A DNA stretch of 64,000 nucleotides from Strigamia acuminata (taxonomy: Eukaryota): NCBI GenBank assembly GCA_949358305.1, contig OX442314.1:18042001-18106000 (forward strand). The letters are read 5' to 3'. Numbering within the stretch: the stretch's first letter is position 1; every line of letters starts with the position of its first letter. The notes beneath the pieces were generated by a model. The model searched no databases. It had not been told where the DNA came from and was given only the letters and a program-made list of their open reading frames with translations. Position numbers and translations under genes: made by a program. Below, piece by piece: positions 51,071 through 64,000 of this stretch.

Positions 51071-51558
51071 TTTAGATTTTAAGAACTAGGTGATTTCCCG
51101 GACTCTGACAGCGAGGAAAATGTGTTAATAAGTAATAAATATTCTATTTGTCATGAAATCTCAAGATAAATAGAATACTTATTAACAGTTCAAAACGCAT
51201 ATTTTGAAATTGAAATGTTTTGTTTATGCTCGTTTATTGGAACAAAAGGTTTTCCCTGTTTTTATTTTCGGCACAAACCAGAGATCCTGCGATTAAAATG
51301 CGGAAACGGCAGCGAAAAGAAGGGAAAAGAATCTACTTGCTGCGTTTCACCGCACGATTTCCACAAACTGCCAAAACTTCACCACCCGAGTTTGATGCCG
51401 AACGGTAACGTCGAGACACCTACCGCCATGTTCCTCAAATTAATTCGTTCGTGTTGGATTAATTTTCCAAAAAAGTTGCACCAAACAAGAAAAAGTAAAC
51501 AAACAAAAATTTAATTGGCGATTATTTTCATGATTAGTAAAAATGACAAGTTTTACAC

Positions 51559-53603
51559 TTAAAATCTAGTTGTTGCATTCATGGAATTATTTTTTTCACT
51601 CTCATTTGACATTTTTCTTTCTGTTTCAAGTTGTATCTGAGGTGAATTTTTACTGTGGCTTATTCCATAAAAAAAATAGATCAGCATTCCTGAAAGTAAA
51701 GGAAATTAATTTGTTTACAATACGGTTTAGCCAGATTTGTGCATTTACGTTACCTATAACCATCCAAACTGCAAACCGAATCCACGCGTAGATATCTAAA
51801 CTGGAAAGAAGGAAAATGTTGCAAAAAATGCTGAGTGCCGGAATAACTGGTACCCACGGGACCTTGAATAAATTTAATTCATATTTAATTACTTAAACGA
51901 AAACTTTATCGAGTATAATTTCTTACCCTAAAAGAAAGTTTCGCGTTACTCTGTTGGTAAATGAACAGAATTCCAAAACTTCCCAAAATTCCAACAAAAA
52001 ATATGATAATAAGCAAGATGGGCCACCAAGATGCTTTTCCAATTTGTACGGAAGCGAACTGCAGCACACAACACAATCCTGCAAACATTAAAATCAGGAA
52101 AAGAGTGGCCATCGTCGGCACGGTCCCGGCCGAGAAACGATCGAAGATTTTTATTTTGAAGAAAATTGACGGTTTGAGGCGTCCTCCACAATCTGTAATC
52201 TTTACAGAAAAGTTTTATTTGTAACTCACATTTTAATTTTATATTAATCTTACTTCAGGATTTGGTTGCGGCCTGTACCTTAATACAATGACGCTAGCAC
52301 TAACCAATGTATAAGCCATTAGTGTGCCGATTGACATGAAATCTACCAATTTATCCATACTGAAAAGCAAGGCAATCGTGGCAGTCAATATGGTGCACGT
52401 AATTAATGTGAAAATCGGTGTCTTGGTTTTTGGATGCACGTAAGCTAGAAATTCAAAAAGTAATCCATCGGAAGCCATGGCATAGACAACTCGGGGTAAT
52501 GAAAAGAGACTTCCGAACATGCTCGTAGTCATGCCTACTAAAGCACCGACAGAAACTACGTAGTAAACCCAGGTTGATCCAACACCTGAAAAGGCGTCGG
52601 GAAATGCTGATGCAGGATTGATGTGATCGTACCGGACCAGAAGAGTTAAGATGACGGACATGGCGATGTAAGCGGTTGTTGTTATAAACATCGCTGCAAA
52701 CGTGGCGATGGGAATGGACCGGGATGGAGTTTTGGCTTCTTCGCCGCTCGTTGCTATGCAGTCAAAACCAACAAATGCAAAGAAACACTTGGCTGCACCT
52801 TGAATCACTCCCCAGAATCCGAATGCAAAAAACCCATTCGGTGCTTCTGACCAATTTTTCCCGTTTGCATAATAGATGCCAGCTCCAACGACGAATACAA
52901 TTATCACTAAATTACCAGCTGTTAAGAATGTGTTCACATTGGTGGAACTTTTAACTCCCACCACTAAGAATATGCATATAAGAACACATATGCCGACTGC
53001 GACAAAGTCGGGAGTTTCTCCGAAAAATGAAACGTGGAGGTTGCCCACGTACTTCGCGGTCCCATTTGCAATGGTTCCTTTTAACAGACCGTCCAAATAA
53101 CCACTCCATCCACGGGCTACACTAGCAGCTCCAATCATCTGCTCCAACACAACATCCCATCCGACGATGAAAGCCCAAACTTCACCTAATGTTACGTACG
53201 TGTACACGTAAGCCGATCCAGCTTTTGGCACGCGTGCACCAAATTCGGCGTAACAAACAGCCGACAATAAACTGGTGATCCCTGCAATTAGGTAAGATAA
53301 AACAACACTGGGTCCGGATACAGTTTTGGCCACTTCTCCTGTTAGCACGTAGATGCCTGCGCCTATCATGTGACCAATACCTAATTTTAAAAAAAGTTTT
53401 GTTTACATTTAAACAAAATGAAGTGATCTGAATTTATACGCTACCTAACAGGCAGATGTCCAGAGTGGTCAAGCATCTGTTTAAAGGTGTGGAAAGGACA
53501 TCACTGCCAATGATTTTTCTTCTGCTTAATTTACTTATTGTATTTTTCAGACAATGGCAAGTCTCAGTGTTTTCAGGTGGGATAACCATTAAAGTTTTAT
53601 CAT
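51559..53603 (-). CDS. Cationic amino acid transporter (SLC7A1-4/slimfast-like), copy A
   Basis: [88 protein letters not shown]. Confidence 0.93.
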
Positions 53604-54262
53604 GGTTCGACGAACCTGTAAAAATTGTTGAACAATATAAGTCACGTTACAATAATAAACTTGATGTTATGTAAACAAATGGGAACTCTAGAGTTTCTAT
53701 CAAAAATATGCAATCCAAACAGATCTGTTTGGATTGTATTTTATTTTTTAGTTACCCGACTAATGACTGTCCATTGGGCAAAAAAATTAATTTATTTGGC
53801 TAATTCAAACAACAACAACTAAAAGCTTTCTTTTATTTATAGAAATTTTTTTTAAAAAAATAATAGGGTCAACTGTAAATTTTTCATTTCGAAACTTCTT
53901 GGTATGGTCTTAAAATTTCTCCAGGAAAAAATTTAAGTATTTTGCAATCATATACCTCAGTATCGGTTCACAGTGTAAGAACGGAGTAATAAAATAATGC
54001 GTAATAAATTACAAACAAAACAGTCAAGTTTAGTGTATAATTATTAGCAAACCTATATTTTGGTTTATATTCACAATCATAGCCAGGTTAAAAATGCGAA
54101 ATTAAAAAATATCAGCATTTTGCCATTCTCCCATTCTGTCATTAGGAAAAAAATGCAAAGAAATGCAAACCGCATTACATTTTTTTTATGTTAAGTCGTA
54201 ACAACTATATAATCTAAGTTAAATTCTTAACTTACCATTCCCAGCATTGACAGAAGGTTGTC

Positions 54263-55490
54263 TTTTCTGATTTGTTACAACAAACACATGCAAATGAGAC
54301 CAGTTGAGACTAGCCAACTCACGAAACCATGACAATCATTAAAATCTTGCTTCACTATTGGTTTTCCCTGATAGACTCAAAATTATTAATTAATGTGTGT
54401 GAAAAATAAATAACAATAAGTTTCCAGACGTTTAATTGTATTTATTTATATAGATAACATTATAAATAAAGAAATAATTTTTTTTTTAGATTTACACGAG
54501 TTTTACACACAAAATATATTATTTACACGTGAATTGAGTAAAATCACAAAAAGTACGTCACCATCGCAACAAAGACTAAAGATTAAGTAAATTTGCATAA
54601 TATTTTTGTATATTTTTAAATCATTTAATAGTTATTTGAAAGAATTAAATTATTCAGCTTTAAAAAACACAAAATAAAATAATAAAAAATTAAGTGTTAT
54701 ACATTCCATTATAATCGGCACTTCGAGAAACATTAAACAAAATTTTTTTATCATATACATTTCCTTTTCTTAACTTGAAGGTATTTTTTTAAAAGGAGTT
54801 TCGTAAGAAGTCCCTTATTAACACTACATAATTCATACCGGAAAAAATTAAAACAATAATTTTTAAAATAATTTCTTCCGGTGTGTAAAAACTTTTCTTT
54901 TTTCCCGCAAAACCATTTGCACTTTAACGATTTCCTTCACCTCAATTGACATTTTTTTTCCATTAGCACTTTTGCCATTACCAAATTAATGCCGGTACAA
55001 TTTTTAAATTTTGTTTCTAGTATAGGTAATGTGTTATTATCCATTTTATTCCTCCCGATGTTTATCCCGCCCTCCCTTTGGTTATTATTTTTTTTCATCG
55101 TCATCTTGTTTGGAAACTGGCTGTTGATGATGACACATTGAAGTGTCACCTTGAACTACGTAGTAGCGCATAAAATTGATACCCTAAGATTTTCTTTGTT
55201 GTGTCTGATTCCATCAAGAAAGTAAGCCAGCAGACCTCAAAATAAAAACGATTTAGAGAAAACTGAAATTAAACTTAATACCAGTTACATAGTCTACGAA
55301 CCAACAACCAATCTATGGTGGTCCAAACTCTATAACGTAACCAAGTCATGTGATACAATCCAAGCGTGTCATAAGAGCAAGATAGGAAAATACGTTCACA
55401 AGTCAGTTAGGTAAGAGGTTTTAATGGTACCAGAAAGCGAGAAAATATTGGTAGAATATTTAACAATACATCTTAAATCTTAAAATTCTT
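54263..55490 (-). pseudogene. Degenerate tandem duplicate of the CAT copy B last two exons plus 3' flank (paralog about 56301-57515)
   Basis: Colinear similarity, e.g. GGAGTTTCGTAAGAAGTCCC and TTCCCGCAAAA; GLLAYFLDGIRHNKEN versus GLLVYFLYGIRHSKEN; stops and indels. Confidence 0.85.
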
Positions 55491-55501
55491 GAAATTCATG
55501 T

Positions 55502-55592
55502 AATCTTATATCGGACATCGGAGTTTTCCAAAAGGTATTCAAAAACTTGGAAGCTAAAATGTGCACGAAATCTGATGTACCGGTTCCTAGGC
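55502..55592 (+). pseudogene. RPL22: Fragment of RPL22 exon 3 plus following intron
   Basis: AATCTTATATCGGACATCGGAGTTTTCCAAAAGGTATTCAAAAACTT matches 30852-30898 across the donor site. Confidence 0.8.
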
Positions 55593-55599
55593 GTACGGA

Positions 55600-56080
55600 C
55601 TCTCTAGATTTGCCTGAAGAAAATGTTTGATAAAATGGGCTGGTGGGCTGGATCACGCAGTGATTCGGATAGGCAGGTGTGGTCAGAATAATATGGTCAG
55701 GATAATGTTATCGAAATAGAGGAAGCAATATTTAGAAAGAGTTTCAGTTATGGGACACAGGTGGAAGCCGATTTTAATGGTATAAAGTGAAGTAGTTTTT
55801 GGTGGACGGATGCATAAGTTAATTAGAGCCACTCTATTGGAAATAATGATTATTGCAAGTTCTAGGTGGCTCAGTTTCTTGTAGAAGAAAATTTGTGAGT
55901 TGATCTTACTGGTCAGTTTTGATATATTCAATTTGAAAGTAAGGTTTGGGTCAAAGATGACTGATGACTCCATGGATATTTATCAGTTGCTCAGAATTAT
56001 TCGGGTGTTGGGAAAACGTGATTGATTGAGTTTTTTCAGTGTTTGCACATTGTGCGTCATTAAGCTATGGATTTTTTGAT
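55600..56080 (-). mobile_element. Degenerate LINE reverse-transcriptase fragment
   Basis: VIFDPNLTFKLNISKLTSKI resembles the LGVxxDxxLxFxxHI motif of CR1/L2-type RT; disrupted. Confidence 0.5.
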
Positions 56081-57078
56081 GACTACCTTTGGACTGAGTC
56101 ACCGCAACTTTTTATTTTTATTTTTAGAAATTATCCTTACCGTCACCGAGCTCGATACAAACCTATAGAAATCGTTCAGATTGATTCGGTAGTCAGTAGA
56201 TAGTAGTCACGTCAGTTAAACAGTTTAGCCGCAATAAATAATAATTTAAGTTAGTTCTTGACAGAGATTTCCCATCTTCTTATCGCGATTAAAGATTCAT
56301 TTTTCTGATTTGTAACAACTAGGTGATGCTAGCCAACTCATAGAATCATTGCAAACATTAAAATCTTTCTTTACTAACTCTAATTCTAACAGATTCAAAA
56401 CTATTTTTTAATGTGTGTGAAAAGAAATAAGAATAATTTACAAGACATTTAATAGTATTTATTTATATAGTTGTAGTTGTCATTATATAAAGAAAATAAA
56501 ATATAGTTTCTTGGGTTTGACACACATTTTACACAAAAATAAAATATATTTTCTTGGGGTTAATACACATTTTACACAAATAATAAATTATTGATGTATT
56601 TGAATTTAGTAAAATCACAAAAAATACATCACAAGCACAACAAATAATAAACGATAAACAAATTTCCAGTATCGGTATATTTGTAAATATTTTTGAATCA
56701 TTTACAGCATTTGAATATTACAATTTCAGCTTAAAAACACAAAAATAAATAATAAAATATTACATAACAGGCACTTTGCGAAACATTTAAAACACACCAA
56801 TTTATAACCGACACTTATAAATTTTCTAACCTTTACTTATGTGTGTTTTTTAATGGAGTTTCGTAAGAAGTCCCTATTAATACTAATAACTTAATTTCTT
56901 CCCGTATGAATTATGTAAAAACTATTCTCTCTTTCCCGCAAAAGCATTTGCACTTTAATGATTTCCTTCATCTCAATTGACATTTTTTTCCATTAGCACC
57001 TTCGTCATTGCCAATTTACTAATAAAATTTCTAAATTTTCTTTTAAGTACACATGTAGGTAATATCTTATTATTCAAT

Positions 57079-59251
57079 TTATTGCTCCCGATGTTTATCT
57101 TTTACTATTAGTTGTTCTTCGTCGTCGTCTTGTTTAGAAACCGGCTGTTGATGATGAATTTCCGTCTGACACATTGATCCCCAATTATCCTGCGATGTGT
57201 CGCCTGGAACTAGTAGTGTAGAATAAACTGATACTTTGTCATTTTCTTTACTATGTCTGATTCCATAAAGGAAGTACACCAGCAGACCTGAAAATAGAAA
57301 AGATTAAAGATAGCTGTAATTCAACTTAATAATAGTCTACAAATCAACCTATGGTGATCCAAACTCCAAAACGTATCCAAGTCATGTGATGCAAGTGCGT
57401 CATAAGCGCAAGATTGCAAAATACGCTCAGCGTTGGAATAAGAGGTACCAATGGCACCTGAAAACGATATTTATTAGTAGAATTCTTAACAATATACCGG
57501 TACCTAAAATCTCAAAATTATTCTTCATTTACCTTGAAACTCATTTCATCGGAATTTTGTTCATGTAAACATATAATGAAGTAACAGACGAGAGCACAAC
57601 CCAGAAATACAACGACGAGTAAAACTGCCCACCAAATTGATTGATCCAACTCGTGTTTGGCCAATTGTACGATACTACATAAGGCAGCTAAAAACACAGT
57701 CAGCATTAAAGTGGATGAACTGACGACAAAGCCCGGTTCGCAATCAAACACGGACTCCAAGAATGCAAAGGTCGGTTTAAGTCGGCCAGTCTTGTCCTGG
57801 AAATATGTTTTTAACAAAAGCAATAAATATAAAACAAAATTTACATATTTTTATCACACTAACTTCTGAATCGTCTTTTTCAGGTGCATCAGGAGTGGAC
57901 ATTTGAAATTTAGAGGACGGTTGATATCTTAAAATTATAACACTAACAGCAACTATTGTATACGCCATTAAGGTGCCTATGGACATAAATTCGACTAATT
58001 TTTCTATGTCAAAAATTAGTGCTAGAAGACCGGTAAAAACGGTGCACACAATTAGATTGACCAATGGAACTTGAGTTGTCGGGTGAATCCTGGCAAAAAT
58101 CTACGTAAAACAAACATTTTAAGTTTACAAAAAGGGATACATGGGATAAAATTAACCTTGAAAAGCAGTCCATCCGTAGCCATGGCATAAACACAACGCG
58201 GAAGAGCGAAAAGTCCACCGAATAAAGAAGTAGTCATTCCAGCTAATGCTCCTACAGTAACCACAAACTTTGCCCACGCCGCACCATTTTCAGAAAATGC
58301 ATCTGGAAGAGCAGCGCTGGGATTAATGTGGGTATACGGAACCATTAATGTCAAAGCCGACGAGACGAGAATATACGATAAAGTAACAACACTCATCGCA
58401 ATCATCGTTGCTAATGGTATAGATTTCGCAGGGTTTTTCACTTCTTCGCCAGCAGTAGCAATACTGTCAAACCCGACAAATGCGTAGAAGCACGCAGCTG
58501 CACCTGAGATAACTCCACCGAATCCATAAGGTAAGAAACCACCCGGAACATCACTCCAATTTTCACTCTTTGCCCAGTAGAAGCCGAAACATACGACAAA
58601 AGCAATCACACACAGATTGACTACCGTAAAAATGCTGTTGACATAAGACGAGCCCTTCACACCCAACGCAAGGAGAAGTCCAGTTAGAAGACACAGCGTC
58701 ATAGCTATAAAGTCGGGATAAGTACCAAAAAAGTCAATCTTAATCGCTCCAATATGCTCCAAAGTAGCATTTCTTATTACTCCTCCAAAAAGGGAATCTA
58801 AGTATCCGCTCCAAGCCCGTGCGACAGAAGCGGCACCTAGCATGTGCTCCAATAAAATATTCCATCCAATTATGAATGCCCATAATTCGCCAATTGTTAC
58901 GTAAGTATATACATATGCCGAGCCGGCTTTAGGAACCCGAGCACCAAATTCTGCGTAGCAAAGGGCAGCCAAAACTGACGCTATGCCGGCTATTAAGAAG
59001 GAGAGAACAACGCCTGGACCGGCTATATTGCGAGCCACGTCACCTGTTAGAACATAAATGCCTGCTCCTACCATATGACCAATACCTGGAAAGCAATATG
59101 ATTTATGACAGTAATAAAAATGTGCAATTTTTAATTGGTTTTTACCAAGTAATGTGATGTCGAATGTTGTTAGGCATCTCCTCAAAGGTGTTTGAATAAT
59201 ATCATAATCTAATTTTTTCGTGCGGTTTAGTTTTTTACAAAATTCCTTCAT
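57079..59251 (-). CDS. Cationic amino acid transporter, copy B (SLC7A4-like)
   Basis: [75 protein letters not shown]. Confidence 0.94.
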
Positions 59252-59975
59252 TTTAAATTTTTCTAAATGAATAAGGAAAAAAATTTAAAAAAATAAAAAT
59301 ATATTTTTTTTTTAAATATAAAAAAGTACCGATTTCCTGTTTGTCAGTCTATTCCGTATATTTCATCTGTAGAATTTTTTATATTTTTGATTGTCACATT
59401 AAGTGCAGATTTTCAGGTGGTGCACAGTGGTGAGCTTCATATTTTTGTACTCACAATTGAAGTGGTTCCGGTTATAATGATATTCGCTACACCTCGATCA
59501 GAAAATTCGGTCAGTCCGTGTTGCTCGTTAATGGGATACCAGAAAACTGTTTTCAGCATACTGCCAACATTAATTAAACCGTCACATTACACCAACCAGA
59601 TTCCCTAGTTTCAAACATCTGGTAGGAAATCCCATCTTCGATGTAGTGCAGTTGTGCCCATCCGGGTATGATATCACCGGATTTCATTGTGAGAAATAGG
59701 CGCTGCCAACTGCTGCCTTCTATTGTGGCTTCACGGAACCAATCACTATGACAACCCAAAGAGGCATAAACCCTCACAATCACAATTCCATAATGTGCTT
59801 TAGAGATATTTATATAATAATTTCTGTACAATATTTATTCATAAATGATTCATAATCGTTTATTATTACAGTCTCTAGTTGTCAAATTAAACCAGGTGGT
59901 TTCTGTTTACAATGAATTAATATTGCTGTATCAGGCTTTTCGTGCATAATTTCTGCACACACGAGTATGAGATTA

Positions 59976-62128
59976 TTATTTTACATCATTTTCATTACAG
60001 TTTGACAGCTCAGTATGTACGTGCGCATCTTCGTCATCAGTATGATTATGCGCTGCACTAGATTCGAAAGAAGTCGTAGATGAAATGCGAAGGTTAATTT
60101 CTTCCGGGCGGACTTCAATAGTATTATTCGACTGATAAACAGAACTATGTTTAATTCCATAACCGAAATAAATTATTAAGCCTGCAAATTAAAAAAATAT
60201 ATAAGCATTTGCAATTTAAAAAAAATGTAAATCCGAATAAAAAGACCTGAAATCATCCAAGTAGTAATCCAGATCCAATTTTTATGCATTACATTCATCA
60301 AAAGAGTTAAATGAAGACATAGAGCTACGATTGGAGTAAGTGGGAAAAAAGGAACGTGAAATTTCGCTTTGTTAAAAGACACTTGAGGCTGACGATTAAT
60401 CACAGCTGAAACAACGATTCCGAAAAGTATCAACACGCATCCCACAAACCGTAAATACCATAAATCAGACGTAAATAGAGTCTCCAAAGGAAGAACGGCG
60501 ATGCACAAAAGAATAATGCAAACAGTTGCTCGGTTTCCAGTTTTATGTGTGGGTTCTTGAAGCAGCATTTCGTCGTCTAAGGCAGTGACGGTGGCCACGT
60601 CTAGATTTTCTTTATATTCCTCAACTATGGCATCTACGTCCGTATCAGAACTGTCCTCACCGTCTGATGTTACCCTGCTTTCTTGAATATTGCTGTTGTT
60701 GTTCAAATATTCTGTTATTTCACTTGAACATCGTTTCTCCGTCGAATTACTTACGGTAATTTTTCCGTGAGCATAGGTTGATAATGGCATGTCTCTTCCG
60801 TAGTTACATATCTTTGATGTAAAACACCGAGCAATAATATTGAACTTATTGCTAAGTAGCCTGTTGCCATTAAATCTATTAACTTATGTGTGGGTGTCAG
60901 CAAAATCGCCAAACTAACTAGAATCGTTACTGACAGATAGGATCGCCATTTTATCTTAGACGAACTATAATCGTTTAGGAAACGAAATAAAAGTCCCTCG
61001 GAAGCCATGTTTCGAAATGTAGCGCAAACCGATTGGCAAATAATCAATGAGGTCATGCTTAAGCATAAGGGAATGCTTGCAAACATGACATATTTTGCCC
61101 AATCAACTTCAAAGGCTTCGAATAAAATCGTTGCAGATACCATTGACCTTGATTTGAAAAATAATATTTAATATATTCACTTTTAAAATGGATGAATTAC
61201 CTTTCGGTGATCACAAGATGTAAAATGATGACGATGCAAACACAGGTAATTAACGTGATGAGAATATGTAGAAGTGAAATCGTAGGTAAAGCTAGTTTAC
61301 TCTTCCACTGACAATCTCCGTGCGAATTCAACACAACAGACGTGCAAAAAAGACTCGTGAAAATTGATGCATTGCGAAATATTTTAACTCCAATAATTTG
61401 CCAATCTCTAAAAAGAATGTATTCGGCATTAGAGTGCATTGCGCCAAAGATTGAGACGAAAACGATGACAAAAATGGTAAGAAGAAAAGTTAAAACTCTA
61501 AACAGTTTTTCATTTTTCCTACGCTCTGTTGCTGAAGAAATTGTGAGCAATAATATTAAAACAGTAACACCAACAAAATCTGGAGGTTTTTGTGAAAAGG
61601 GGACTGGACCAAAGTTATGTAAAATCCATTTCTGGACGCAATCTTGACTAATATAATTAACAGTAATGCTTATCGTTTTGGCAGAGAATGCAACGGCAGA
61701 CATTTGGTACAGCAGCAGCGACCAACCAATTAAAAACGATGGTAATTCTCCATTGATTTCATAACAAGTATAAATAAGTGATGTTCGGCTTTGGGAAATG
61801 AATTTATATTCACAAAGACAAAGATCTGTATTAAAAAATATGTATATATATATTAACAAGTGTGAAAAACAATGCATCATTTCGCAAATTAAATAAACTG
61901 ACCTGTGAGTAAGACACAAATTGCTGCCGCTATTAGAGCTAAAAATAAGTTCAAGTCATAATTTTCAGCGGCAAGTTGACTAGCAACAATAAAGACGGCT
62001 AGAGGTAAGGATCCACCCAAACCGCGGATCACCAGGTTAATGAATGATTCGCTTGATTTCTCCGATCCGATTTCGGCGAGTGGATACACACGCTTCCGAA
62101 ACAACACCTTCAGCCACCACCGAGTCAT
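59976..62128 (-). CDS. Divergent cationic amino acid transporter-like protein, copy C
   Basis: CYEINGELPSFLIGWSLLL; MASEGLLFRFL; acidic loop SDGEDSSDTDVDAIVEEY; FHVPFFPLTP; GLIIYFGYGIKHS. Confidence 0.82.
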
Positions 62129-62466
62129 TTGTGGAGACGATTGCAATGCGCAAGTGCTACTCACTTCCAAGCAAACACTTAAGATGTTTATTTACGAGAA
62201 ATTCAAACTAAAAGGTCGTAAACATTGTATCTCATCCCGTTTCCCTAGCTTCTCCCATCCGCTACTATCAAAACATCATTGATTTATTTAAAAAATCAAA
62301 ATAAAAAAAACAATAATCTACAGGCTAAATAAAAAAATTTATTTTTCAAATTCCATTTTTTATTTATTACGAATTTTATCATTTCGCTTCACATTTTCCC
62401 CATAAATTTTCACTACCTCGTTTGCATCACTGTAGAGGTCCTCGGATGGCGAGTAGAGTTGTGACG

Positions 62467-62670
62467 TCACTGTACCATCGATCCATTTTTACTGTGTGGG
62501 CGACGAAAGCCCTTTCTCGATGCTCGCCATCGTCTCGTTTGGTCGGCGTCCCTTGTCATGAGGGGCCAGTCATGGATGACGGAACCCATCTCTACATCTT
62601 TAAGCCCACACCACAAGATGAGGATTGCTATAACATTCATCAAAGGAGGTAGATGATCCGCTAAAACCAT
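62467..62670 (-). CDS. Possible small secreted peptide ORF (67 aa)
   Basis: Hydrophobic N-terminus, dibasic sites, upstream CTCCAG acceptor near 62912 and downstream AATAAA near 62285; no homology recognised. Confidence 0.25.
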   Translation of the reverse strand: MVLADHLPPLMNVIAILILWCGLKDVEMGSVIHDWPLMTRDADQTRRWRASRKGFRRPHSKNGSMVQ

Positions 62671-64000
62671 TTCCTTATTCTCAACTTGTACTATTCATCT
62701 TGCATTATCCAGCGTTTCACGTTTTGCGAATAATTAATCACCCAATCCTCTGTTACAAGTGCTCTCCTTCGCATTTTTATTTCCGTCGCTAAAGCACAGC
62801 ACATTCTCTTTTGCCTTCGACACTTTCCATAAACATTTTACTTCATTCACACAATCAATAAGTATGAGAAAAAACCAATAGAAACCGGAAGATGGGTTTT
62901 TCTATTTTGTACCTGGAGGTGTAGATTGTTTTGCACAAAAACAAAACCAAAGAAAAATATTTTTTTTTTAATCCCAAGTCAATTTTTCGTAAAAGAAAAC
63001 ATAAAAGAGTCATAATGAGTTCCCATGACGACAGACAGAAATCTCAATTCCATTCTAGATCACGACATAATGGCGTGATTCATCAATACCCTAGGGCAAG
63101 TAAAATCCACGGCCGCGACCCTCTCGGAGGGTCCCTCTACCCCAACCCCTCGGTACAATCCTATCCCTTTATCAATGAGATCACTCTATTCTAACTGCTA
63201 ATACGAACACGAAAATGGTGTCTGGCAGAGAAAACAAGGCGGTGCTTTGCTCGTTTATTTTCTACGTTTTAGTAACAAACCGCTATATTTTTGCTTTAAA
63301 AACGTATTAATTTGTTCGTGTCTTTCTGAATCCTGACCCACGACTTAACCATTTAATTCCTGTGGCTTTATAGGATGTGTTCACATTTGACATTTTTGTA
63401 GCGTCACTTACACGCCAGTGCAACGTCACACATTTGGCAATTTTCCAACTCCGTGCACACATATATTCCCATTCAGCAGTTTCTCGTCAGATTGGCAGTT
63501 TATTAAACTCCAATATTTTTTCAATTTTTTTGTATTACAAATTCCCCTTTAAATTAAACCCGGAACTACTATTTACCCAGTCTGTGTCAACTGCAGACAT
63601 GGTCTGATAATATCTCCTTTTGTCTCTAAAAGATAAAGTGAAACATGTAAATGCATTTTACACAATCAAGTATATTCCTTCCAGTTAAATTGGCATTGGA
63701 AAATACAAGTTTTTTCTTATATCCGTGTCATCAGTCGATTACGTTTCTGGCACGAGGGAATGCCAACGCCAGTTGTTCGATATTTTATTAGCTCTGTTCA
63801 CTCGTTGACAGAGGGTGTTCTGTATTTCAGTTATTCGTTTATAAAACCTCTATTATTTGATTTTTTTAAAACTCGTTTTTCTAAATTGACTTCTAGCCTC
63901 TATTTTCTTTATTTCTAGTTTAAGTGTATCAACTGTATAGTCACACAATGCCAGTCCCGAATATTAATAACCCGGCAATGCGCCGCCAAGCGGTGCTTAT

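Noticed and set aside
59574..59831. 85-aa ORF between CAT copies B and C
   Set aside because: Lies in the probable promoter/5'UTR of copy B; no homology

Overview
AT-rich animal genomic DNA with very short (about 55-75 nt) GT-AG introns, most likely an arthropod (inferred from intron style and gene content). Host genes: CEP104, a DFF45/ICAD-like CIDE-N gene, AP2M1, RPL22 and a tandem cluster of three cationic amino-acid transporter (SLC7/CAT) genes with duplicated relics. Positions 1-20.6 kb look mostly intronic or regulatory. Main mobile content: (1) a young 2.94-kb LTR element with identical LTRs that encodes only Gag, protease and an acidic tail; (2) a 1.02-kb near-perfect palindrome with a tRNA-like Pol III unit in each arm; (3) an intact single-ORF Ty3/Gypsy element; (4) a roughly 9-kb foldback/MULE-like TIR element with a 9-bp TSD and no recognisable transposase, carrying intron-containing fragments of unrelated host genes (CENP-H, cytospin-A/SPECC1L, TRRAP and two unidentified), i.e. 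Pack-MULE-like. Elements 3 and 4 split one intronless 448-aa LRR gene, which rejoins as an uninterrupted ORF when both are removed. All homology calls are from remembered protein motifs, not database searches.
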